From Priapulus caudatus (taxonomy: Eukaryota), in NCBI RefSeq assembly GCF_000485595.1, contig NW_014577073.1:82552-116519 (forward strand): DNA of 33,968 nucleotides, given 5' to 3'. Shown one piece after another: positions 22,861-33,968 of the stretch. Position numbers and translations under genes: made by a program. The notes beneath the pieces were generated by a model. That model had not been told where the DNA came from, did not search any database, and was given only the letters and a program-made list of their open reading frames with translations. The first letter of the stretch is position 1. Each line of letters opens with the position of its first letter.

Positions 22861-23617
22861 CTTAATCCCCCCTCCCACGATTCGCGTCCTTCTCGGAAAT
22901 TCGCAATTATAGCGCCAATTATTTTGGCCCACTACAAGCGCGCGCACGGTAGATGTCTTCAACCTGTTTCTGGACGCACCTTTCTGGACGTCTTATTCAC
23001 CGAAGCTGTTATGGGCAAATGTAAAGGTCAACAGACCCGAAGAAAAGCGGATGTGTTTGTGGCTGTGGATATCAACAACGTGAGTGCGTAATGAAAGCTG
23101 GAGGAAAATTATGTCTGGAGGCTGCAACAGAGTAAACACGAGCAACCATTACACTAATTACGCGTAAGGACGTATTCGCGTATTGGCTTGCCACCTCCTG
23201 CTACGTATACCCACCACACACATCTCACGTTACAATAGTGAATACTGTCGCACGGGGATAGCTTCTCCTAGGAGGCCCGTCTTTCAAATACTTCGATTTT
23301 TAAGAAACGATGATACTAACTCAATATGCGATCCCTGGCTATAGATAGCAAACGGAGCAGCAATGGAGTAGCGTATAGCGATAGTACAGTGTAGCGCTAT
23401 CTGTTGGTAACGACACTACTAGTTCTTTCAGGGCGTGTCACGCTTATGACATTTAACATTTTACTACGCAGTCACGTCTATCTGCTTATTTGGCTACCTA
23501 CTTCGTTTACCTCTCACACGTGCGTACACACGCACTACTATACATACTCTACGCCCCTTTTGCACGCTATCTCGCCATCACTTACTTGACCCCAGTCTGA
23601 CTATCCTGCTCGCTATC

Positions 23618-23678
23618 GTGCGTCGTGCGTTTCATTTCGAGCAGTGCGATACTGCTCGAAATGAAACACACGACGCAC
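23618..23678. repeat. 28-bp-arm hairpin with one mismatch
   Basis: GTGCGTCGTGCGTTTCATTTCGAGCAGT, loop gcgat, then ACTGCTCGAAATGAAACACACGACGCAC. Confidence 0.85.
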
Positions 23679-25238
23679 TGTTGCTCAACGGCCAACTGTC
23701 CACGGAACTGATGCTATCAGTGATGCTATCATATCGGGACAGATAGAGCAGGGCGTTTTGAGTACTTCGTATGACGTGAGTCGTCTTTGTTTTCGCTATA
23801 GATACGAGCTACTCAAGATGCACGTCAAGGCAACGCAAACATTCCTACCCCAGTACAAACACGTCCGTGTTTGGACGCGCTGAAGTACCAGCCGGTCGGC
23901 CCACACGTTGCGATAAGGACTACCGACCGCTACCGAAAAACATGAAGACCTGGCGTGTAAACTACGCCTGTGATCGAATCGAAGCAAAAGACGCGAACGG
24001 CTGTCATCGTAATCTCGTGTACGCGCATGAAAGGCCAGAAGTACTACTGCGCCAGACAGCGCGCGTGTACGCAGCGCCAGACAACACCTTGGCGAGATGT
24101 CGATTAGGCACCGCACACGTCCTCGTGCTTTCCTGCACTGCTAATCGCGCCTGCAATTATTGCCTCTCGCAATTATTTCACTCGACGCCGTTTCAAGGAC
24201 GTCGCTTCGTCGAGTGACGTCACGTCGCCGACGCATTGTCACACGATGAGTCGAAATGCGTCATCGACGCGACGCGTACATGCGTGCGCGTGTATGTATG
24301 TGTGCGTACCTGCGAGTGCGCGTGCGTTTGTCGGCCGCTCTCCGACGTTTCGAGGTCGGTGCTAATTACACATCGTATACGCCGACGTCGCGGCTTTTCT
24401 GACGCAGGCTAACATGACGGCTATGCGCGCGCGCAAACTCGGTAACGTCGAACGCGGCGTGTGAAGAGGGGAGAGCCGACAGCGTCCGCGCTCGCTGCTT
24501 GCCGAGACGCGGCGTCGATGACGTAATTAAGATGAAGTCACACCGGTGCGCAACTTTGCTGTCAGCTGACTCGCCGACGTTTCGCGACGTCGTGGTCCGA
24601 ACGTGTCGGTGTGGAATGCTGTGTTGGTTACCGCGGCGAATCATGGTAGAACCGTGTTTATTGCGACAGCATTGCTTTTAGTTGATAGGTGCTGGTATAC
24701 TGCTGCCTGATTAGATATTACGCATCATGTTGATATATCACTATACGTATATACGCGTAATTAAGTTAGTGTAATTTGCTGCGTGTTGAGCAATACTATA
24801 ACGAAGCCGGGTGAGATTATAAGCTATTCGGCCGATGTGTCTACATCCACTCACCCATCTCCCTCTCCTCTCGGTTACTGTTTGAGCGACCACGGTCTGG
24901 TTAGTGTGGCCGTGACGCGACATTTCCTATTTCTCTCTACATTCCTCCGTTCCCCCCTCCTCTCTCTCTCTCTCACCCTCTCCCCTCTCCCCTCCTCTCT
25001 CTCTCTTCTCTCTCTCTCGTCCCCTCCCCTCCATCTCTTGTCTCTCTCCGTTCTGCTCTCTCGTCTCTCTCTCTCTTTCTCTTCGCTCGCTCTCTCTGTC
25101 TATTGCTGTCTCATCCACTGCTCTCTATTCACTTTTTCTTTAATCTTCCCGCCTCTTTCTCTCGCTTCTCTACACTCATATATACCTTGCTCCCGCTACC
25201 GCCCTTTCTCTTCTCTGTGTGTGCGCGACGCGCGCGCC

Positions 25239-25363
<125 letters not shown>

Positions 25364-28300
25364 CTCCCCCCACGCACTCTTTATTTCGTTCTCTATCGAC
25401 TACGCTACTTTCACACTCCCTTTTTTGCTACGACTCTCTCCCACTTTCCCAGAGTTTCCATATCGTTTATTTTCTCGCACCCCTCTCTGTCACAATCACG
25501 CATACGCACTCGCACACGCACACACTCCGTCTTGGATTCCCTCGCACGGGTATGGGATTATAATATTACGCTTATATCGAATCCGCCTACACCCTGCGGC
25601 GATGACGTCAAAGCCACATCATAACCTTACACTGGCTACGACCTGAGAACGTGTTTCGCGTGTAAATACGATTTGCATAGCGAATTTATTTACATTTCAG
25701 CGTAGGCATTTTAATCGGATGCGTCACGTATTACATGACTAACGGTACTTATCTGCGTGCGAATGCGACAACGGACGCAAATAAATTCGAAACGAAGCTT
25801 GCCAATTTCGTTAGAGGCTAGGAAATGTACATAACTGAAGGTCACCGAAGGTTGATAGACCTTTAGCACCTTTCGGATGCTGGGCTGGGTTACGGTTGCT
25901 CGTTGGAGAGTATCCGGTTAGCATACTGATAAAGCTCAGATAGGCTTACAATGCACAGTAAATCAATGATGACGATATCTGACTCAATCTAATGTCAGGC
26001 TATGTTTCTGCAAGTAATGTTGCGAAAGACCGATTGTATTAGTATTCGCTACGCAAACTACCTCGTCCCTATCCATTCTGCTATCGCCTTCGCTCGCACG
26101 CTCTCTCCCCCTCTCTCTCCCTCCCTTTTCTTATCTTTCTCTCCATTTCTCTCTATGTCTCTTTCCTTCACTCCCCCCATTTGTCCCGCTCTCGTTCTCT
26201 CTATCTCCACCCCCTCTCTCCCTCCCTATCTTTCCCTCCCTTTCTTTCTCTCTCTGTCGCTCCCCCTCTCTCTCTCTCTCGCGATATCTTTCTCTTTCCC
26301 TAAATCCTTCCTTACGAATTATTCATAACTACTTCCCAGTTCGTTTTTTCTATGTTTCTATGGCACCCCTTCACCTCTTATTATATCCATAACTGTCACT
26401 TTGCACACACACACACACGCACGCACGCACGCACGCACGCACACACGCACGCACGCACACGCCCATGATATGAATCTGACTGGTGCGGAAACAAGGAATC
26501 ACCAATTCCCACAGTTCTTAGAATCTATAGTCGATTCGTGCGTGTGACTTGTGTGCGTGTTCTTGGAATCCTTCGTTAAAGGTATTTATACATGCACTAG
26601 AATCACGACGTGGTGGAACATGCCACGAAACAGGATCTTGTCGTCAGGCTCAATTTTTGTGCCCACTAGCTTACCACCTCACACAAACAACACCAATATA
26701 TATATATATATATAATAAATGGGTATAATAACAGCAATAGGAGTTATGGTCACGGTCAGAAGAGCTCGTTAAAGGTGAAGGCTGCAGGCAGTGGTGCGAG
26801 GCTGCGATTTTCTCAACCACGTTACCTGTGCTCATTCGCAGCGTGAGATTTCTAGATCTTAACTAGATAGATAAGTCGCAGAAATTCACATCCTTTAAAG
26901 CAGAGCATAGTACGCAAGCACGCACACGCTGGAACTCGGCATAGTACGAACTGTATTGCATAACGTGAGAGTTCCGACGAAGAGGAAGTAAGTTGCGAGA
27001 GGGAATAACTGATCATGTTGCGGTCATCGGGCATTGCGCTCTTACCGTATTTTACTGAACAGGTATGAAGTTAGGATTATTATAAAGTAGATTTGAAAGT
27101 TTTTCGCGCATAGCGTGACGCACGAGCATGTTGCTTGTATGGCTACAAAAAGTAAGCAGTATTGGGAAATAGCTGTGGTTGCGTTGTGTGACATATAGCT
27201 GCAGTGCAATAACAGCTCTAGCAACACGAGCTATGCTAGAGCTTTATGACATCTAAATAGGGGTCAGATTAACGTGCAAAACATAGTTAATGTCAAAACA
27301 TGTTAAACATAAATTAATGTGAAGATCAAAAAGGGGATAAACGGCAATTTCCATCCACATCGTCATTAAATATACATTCGTAATTCGATTTACTTTACAT
27401 TTCACCAAGGGACAATTTATACTCATTCTAAATCCAGCCTAGCTTTATTAATACACAAGATGGTCAGACATTTCCTTCTTGATTTCACACAAGGTGTCGC
27501 AGGTTGTCGTAATCTAGCCAAGTTTTATCGCTGTGTAACTTGATGAGAACCAACGATTGTTGTTATTCCGGTAAAACCCCTGCGAATATTTAAGCCAGAC
27601 TTGAAACAGACGAGATGTCGAGCGTCTTTTCTCGCGTCACACTTATACGTTTCTCTGAGAGCTATTTCATAGACGCAATACACAAAGTCGTGCGAGGATT
27701 CCGTACTTTTCATCCAGCGCACACATCAGCTAGAGACATGCTAAGTAACATGTATGCTCGTAAGGCTAAACAAGGTAGAAGAGTAAGGCACCTTCGGCAT
27801 GTCTGTCAAAGCACTAGCCCAAACGAGTCGTTGTTGTGTTTGCTACAATCTCACACTTAAAGAGTTTACTGTCTAAAAAAATATTGAGGAAAACACTGTG
27901 CAACGCGTGGATCTCCTTGACCCTTATCATTGAAAAAGTGCGCAGTCACCGGTTACATTAGATAAAAGGTTCTTAGCCATGTTATAATCTCATACGTGTC
28001 GTGCAAAGGTCGGGTCTGTAAGTGGACCACGTCGTGGGGTGACCTGATCAATCGGGACGCAATGCAGCAGTGTCAACACACGTCCACCCAGCCAACACCG
28101 TCAATATCCGAATCGTGTATAAAAAATCTAGTTATACCCGCTTCTCGCATATATTTGACCGCATGGAAATGGCGCAGTGACGCTATTACACAGCTGGCGT
28201 TCGTCATTCTCAAAACAAGAGCGTAATTATCGATATTTCGATGACGTACAACAAACACGAGACACGTAATTACTATTTTAATCGGGAGCGAAGTATCGAA

Positions 28301-28406
28301 TGCATTGTGATGACATAGCTGGATGATAGACGGGCTGCTTAGCTACTTGCATGGATATATAATCGCGCGGATAAGTAGACGAGTAGGTTATACGTACATC
28401 TTGTGC

Positions 28407-28480
28407 TAGCCACAAGTTCCCTTCTCGCTTAACACTACGTTGGCTACGACGTGTAACAGTAGGAGAGCCTGGTCGGTTTA
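28407..28480. mobile_element. 74-bp second copy of the same element with its own 9-bp TSD ATCTTGTGC
   Basis: Nearly identical to 2050-2125; ATCTTGTGC at 28398-28406 and 28481-28489. Confidence 0.78.
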
Positions 28481-29009
28481 ATCTTGTGCATGACTTCATA
28501 ACTTACTCGTCGTACTTCCTCAATCTCTTTGGCTCTCTCACTAATATAATAATTATATATATATAATATATATAAATATACCGTTATTCCCTATAAACGA
28601 TATATATATAATAATATATATATATATACGTATGTATGTATTTAGTTAGCCGTGCGAGTTAGCCCTCGAACACCAATTGCGTTTTTAGACGTTGGTCTCA
28701 TTCACCTCTGCGCTTAGCAAGCCGAGATTGGCAGTTCCAGAAAACCAACGCCGGCCAGGACACACACAGGGCACAGAAGGCGATCGACGCCAGCCGGAAC
28801 TGCCCGCTCGCCAATGCCCGAGGTGGCAGCCAGCAGCAGTAGGCAATGAACTTGCTGCAGTTGGTCGGGGCCGCACCACCACAGCTGCTGCAGCACGCGG
28901 ACGGTTGGCTCCGCTGCCGATAGCGGGAAGTTGACCGAAACTTCTGCCTCAGTGAAATTCAGAGACTGCGGACAGGGCGATGACACGGACACGTGATTGT
29001 GACGCGGAT

Positions 29010-29861
29010 CTTGCGAGAGAGAGAGGGAAGCGAGAGGAGCAGCCAGAGGCAGAGAGGATAGAGAGAGATGAGTGAATCATTGCGAGAAGGAGAGTAGAGA
29101 GAGGAGCAGGGGACTATATTGGGCAGAGAGCCAGAGAGAGAGAGAGGGTGGGGGCGAGAGAGAGGAGAGAGAGAGCGAGTGGTGTGCAGAGAGCGAGAGC
29201 GCGGAACGAGAGACATGAGATAAGACGTGGAAGAGAGACAGGGTAGAGAGAAAAAAGAGAGAGCAGCCGCTGGCCCGATGAGAGTAGGAGGAGAAGTTAG
29301 CGATAAGAAAAAAACAAATAGATAGATAGCGAGAGAGAGAGACGAGAGCGGGCGACAGAGACAAGACAGATAGAGACTGTGAAGGAGAGACAGGGTTGAT
29401 AGAAAAAGAGGCAGATGAGAGAGGTAGAGGAGAGAGGGGCGAAGAGAAAAACACAAATAGATAGATAGGCGAGAAGAGAGAGGCGGAGCGAGAAGACAGA
29501 GATAAAATCGTGTTGAAAGAGAGACAGAGGTCGCTAGAAAAAAAGAGATGGCGTTGCGAGAGAAAGAGAGGGAAGGAGGAAGAAAAAATTAAATAGCATT
29601 GATAGGTAGAGAGAGAGAGGGCGAGAGACAGAGATAAACGTGAACGGGGCGACAAGTAAAAGTTTGAGGAGCAAAAGAGCGCGGGGGCGAGAGCGATGGC
29701 GAGAGAGCGATTAGTTAGACATAAGAGAGCGAGAGAGAACGATTTCAAGCCTGTTCAACGCTATTTGGCCACTTCGGCGGCAGATCATATGATATAGTAT
29801 ATATATATATATATATATATTATAGAGAGAGAGAAAAGAGTTAAAATAGAGAAGACAGCAA

Positions 29862-29900
<39 letters not shown>
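29010..29900. repeat. Degenerate GA-rich purine tract with (TA)n and (GA)n
   Basis: Directly visible low complexity. Confidence 0.85.
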
Positions 29901-29903
<3 letters not shown>

Positions 29904-31199
29904 AGCTAGATACTCCGACGTGTATCGATTGCGTTACCCTTTGCGTTTGAAATAACGGACACGTACGCTCAGCATGACGTACTAAGAAGCTCCCGCCTCG
30001 CACGTTTACATGCTGCTATAGAGGCATCGCAATCGCAATAGTTAGTTCATTGCCCACACAGTGCAGGAATAAAATGTCCGTTTGCTTGCCGACCGCACCT
30101 TATACCTACGATTAACGACGGTGGCATTATATCGGCGCTATCATTAGAACCTTTGCTTTCAAACGATGTTTCGAGATATCTCCGAGTAGCCACGCGTGTA
30201 TGCCGTGCGTGTGCTACAAAACTGTCATTGACTATCGTGGGGGTCGTGTATATATACATATTGGTCTATACTCGATGTGAACAGTGTGATGGGCCGGTTA
30301 TGCATGGAAACCTGATTAATGTAAAAAAAAACACCAAGTGGCTTTGTCTGTAATTTTGAACCATTGATGAAAACGGCCGTATCGATGAAAATGGTTTCGG
30401 GTATGGTATACCAACACATTAATGTAGAAATAATCAATACACTAAAATGATCTCATACAGATTCCACACACGTCTGCTTCATACCGCATGGGAAATAACC
30501 GTGTAAGTAGCCGTCGCCATTGCTGTCACGATTTTCGAAAATTCACAGTCGGGTTTAATCGAAATATCTAGCGAATTTTAATTTGAGGAAATGTAGTTTT
30601 CACGGACGTGTCGTCAACTCTACGGGCTCTCTCATTCAATCTTTGAGACTTCGATTGCAATTCTAAAAGAAATTATGACGGAAATGACCCGCCGATAGAG
30701 TCTTCTACTTATAGAGGGCGCTGTGAGTGTCGTCTCGTTAATCAACGGTCGTCGCTCGCTAGTTCCCGCCTATTCGCGTCTAGTACTTTTATACTGTGTA
30801 GCATGGCAGGCCCACCCACCCCTATAGCAAACGTCCCCCTCTACATTGCGCAGCCGCAATAAAGGCGATACCCCCCATCTATAGCCCTGCTATAGACACA
30901 CCCATGCCCACGCGCAGCGTAGATGGGGGGTGCCATAAGGGGGATGTGTGCTATGCTACACCGGCAGCATGTGTCGCGTGATGATGAGAAGGAGCTATAC
31001 GGTCGTCAGCAGAGCGGCGTTCGCGTGGGCCCCGCCGGTATGCGAGGCGACGGCGTGCTACAGCCGCTAGGACGCCGTCCACGGCGACGCACATGTGGCT
31101 GGCGGAGCAACGCGGCGTGCTCTGCCGGCGACCCACTGCGCGTCAGCGTCGCAACCGCTGGCGGTTACCATGGGAAACCGCCCCGATACGATACGGGCC

Positions 31200-31327
31200 A
31201 GTAACAGCAGCAGTAGAAACAGTAGCAGCAGCAGTAGAAACAGTAGCAGCAGCAGCAGAAACAGTAGCAGCAGCAGTAATAGTAGTAGCAGGGGTTAATA
31301 ATGACAAATTGTCATTATTCACCCCTG

Positions 31328-31393
<66 letters not shown>

Positions 31394-31430
31394 ATACTAA
31401 TACTAATAATAGCAACAGCAGCAGCAGCAT
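31200..31430. repeat. (CAG/TAG)-type trinucleotide repeats with a 21-bp higher-order unit and a (TAG)n run
   Basis: AGCAGCAGTAGAAACAGTAGC-type unit about three times, then (TAG)n at ~31328-31393. Confidence 0.9.
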
Positions 31431-32721
31431 CAGTACCGGCGTACTCGTATCTCTCTATCTCCGCCCGCGGGACTGCCGTAGCTGCTGCGCCCCCGGTTAT
31501 ACACACGCACGCACAGAGCCAGCCAGCCCAGCATCCTCCAGCGCCGCGTCACACTTGCGTGATAGTTAAACACCCGGCGTGCCCATCGCTGGCTGTCGCA
31601 TCTCTCCGCTCGCTGGACTTTTGTTGTCTGCGCGCGAGCGCGTGCGTGCGGGATGGAGCGCGAGAGGAGGGGGAGGGGGAGGAAGAGGAGGAGGGGTGAC
31701 GCCTCCATCGTGGCGTACCCGACGCGAAAAGATTCGAGCGTTTCGATTTTTTTTTCTTTCTTTCGCTCTCCTGCCATATGGCCAGCGAGCATCTTCGTGT
31801 GTCGAGGGGGACCCTCGGCATAACCATGCAACCCACGCAAACATCTCCGGGGGACAACCGACGTACGCTGGCTTCGAGCAGTAAATTCACGTCGGACCCA
31901 CGCGCGGTATCGTCTGACTAAACACACGAGTAACACTGTCGTCGCTATACGTCAGCTACCGTCAGCCGACAATACATCGCGCTGTCCGACCGACGACGAT
32001 GTCAGCACGCGCGTCTGTCGGACTGACTCTTCCACGCACACTACGAATATATATATATATCTATATCTATATCCCGAAGCGCCGACATTTCGATTACAGG
32101 TGACGTAGACTCGGCAGGTTAAATGACAGAGCGAGGCGTAGGGGGGGGGGGGTAGAAATCACGGCGCGAGCATGAGTAGCATGAGTAATGGNNNNNNNNN
32201 NNNNNNNNNNNNNNNNNNNNNNNNNNNNNNNNNNNNNNNNNNNNNNNNNNNNNNNNNNNNNNNNNNNNNNNNNNNNNNNNNNNNNNNNNNNNNNNNNNNN
32301 NNNNNNNNNNNNNNNNNNNNNNNNNNNNNNNNNNNNNNNNNNNNNNNNNNNNNNNNNNNNNNNNNNNNNNNNNNNNNNNNNNNNNNNNNNNNNNNNNNNN
32401 NNNNNNNNNNNNNNNNNNNNNNNNNNNNNNNNNNNNNNNNNNNNNNNNNNNNNNNNNNNNNNNNNNNNNNNNNNNNNNNNNNNNNNNNNNNNNNNNNNNN
32501 NNNNNNNNNNNNNNNNNNNNNNNNNNNNNNNNNNNNNNNNNNNNNNNNNNNNNNNNNNNNNNNNNNNNNNNNNNNNNNNNNNNNNNNNNNNNNNNNNNNN
32601 NNNNNNNNNNNNNNNNNNNNNNNNNNNNNNNNNNNNNNNNNNNNNNNNNNNNNNNNNNNNNNNNNNNNNNNNNNNNNNNNNNNNNNNNNNNNNNNNNNNC
32701 GCGCACGCACGCACGCGCGCA

Positions 32722-32763
<42 letters not shown>

Positions 32764-33469
32764 TACACACTACATACCCGTATGTATGCACCCCATACGT
32801 ATTAACGACAGTGAGCGGTTACGACCGAGGTAACGCCGATGACCGATCTCCTGTTTAAACAAAACACACAGCGACGGTTATAGATGGTGATGACGCGGCA
32901 GCAGCAGCAGCAGCTAGGCAGGCGGGCGAGCGTCGCACACACCGCCCCGGGCTCTCTCTCTCCCGCAGCAAGCCACGCCGTCAGGCCGCCACCACCAGCC
33001 AGCAGCCGCATCACGCTTGATTATCATAGCGTCGAGAAGCGCGCGTCTCTTTCTAAGCGCTTTGCGCACAATTGTATCAAAACAAATCACGACCGTTTAT
33101 AATGCCCGTCGCATTCTTTACGCTCTCCCGTGCGCGCGATCACCGCAGACCAGTTTTATCATCATCGCCGACGCGTCTCTTAGACGGTCGCGTCTTTACT
33201 GGCGGGGGTACCCTGAGCGGTCGGCGCCGCGTCTTCGGAGAGCAGTCTAGATGTACGGGTGCCGAAGAAAGAAATCAGCGAGCCGCGGCGAGCGGGGGGT
33301 GGGAGGGAGATTAAGCACCCCCCGGGTTTAGCCGCGCGTTTATCACCGCTTCCTTTCGGCGTTCGTACGCCCACGGGCCGTCTCTCGCTACGCTATCGTT
33401 TATCGCGCACAAAGACGCATTTCACAGCTGTCTAGTCAGTAAGTCGTTCGCGATCGGTGCAGAGCGTGG

Positions 33470-33475
33470 GCCTGT

Positions 33476-33530
<55 letters not shown>

Positions 33531-33531
33531 C
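33470..33531. repeat. (GCCT)n tetranucleotide microsatellite
   Basis: Directly visible. Confidence 0.95.
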
Positions 33532-33917
33532 ATGCCTCGTCGGCCCGCGGCGCGTCCTATGCAACGGCAATGATCGCTTCACAGCCGCGCGAGCGCCGCT
33601 CGGTTGACAGAATGCACATTTGCACGCAATTAAAGCTAGTTAGCCTCGATCTCTAAATATACGGAACGGCGTGTTTACGGCGGCTGCAATGCCGCCGTGT
33701 CGACGCGGTTTGGAATTTCGACTCTCGCTGCTGCTGGCCGCTTCACGCGCGCGCAGCTCTGTGATCAGCGCTTGTGGTTCCTTGCACTCCCGGCACGCCG
33801 GTAACGCACGACGAGAGGCGAATAACGTAAGGAATCCCTGACTATATTACTGACGGCGGGTATGAAGCGGCATCTGTCGCTCTAACGATGAAAATGCGAA
33901 GACAAACGCGGAGAATC

Positions 33918-33968
<51 letters not shown>

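Noticed and set aside
21833..23091. Long ORFs of 260-408 aa, and those at 32094-32858
   Set aside because: Artefacts of N-gaps and simple repeats.

Overview
Eukaryotic genomic DNA from an animal, probably an invertebrate. It contains spliceosomal introns, many microsatellites and MITEs, and three N-gaps (8471-8480, 22115-22620, 32192-32699). Two spliced genes can be reconstructed with matching exon phases. (1) RWDD3/RSUME on the + strand is complete: five exons, 1632-13050, 299 aa, with one GC-AG intron. (2) Midnolin (MIDN) on the - strand has four visible 3' exons, 20355 down to 5602, covering Catch1, a repeat-expanded linker, Catch2 and the C-terminal helix; the N-terminal ubiquitin-like exons were not found. 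The main observation is that the two genes are mutually interleaved: the last two MIDN exons lie in RWDD3 intron 1, and RWDD3 exons 2-5 lie in a MIDN intron. Head-to-head with RWDD3 is a frameshifted KLHDC10-like kelch exon (472-617, -), with a CTCF-like motif in between. Non-coding DNA carries several families of very small non-autonomous DNA transposons, some with clean 7-bp or 9-bp target-site duplications (TSDs), including a nested insertion hotspot near 1.8-2.2 kb. Gene identities come from recalled protein motifs, not from a database search.
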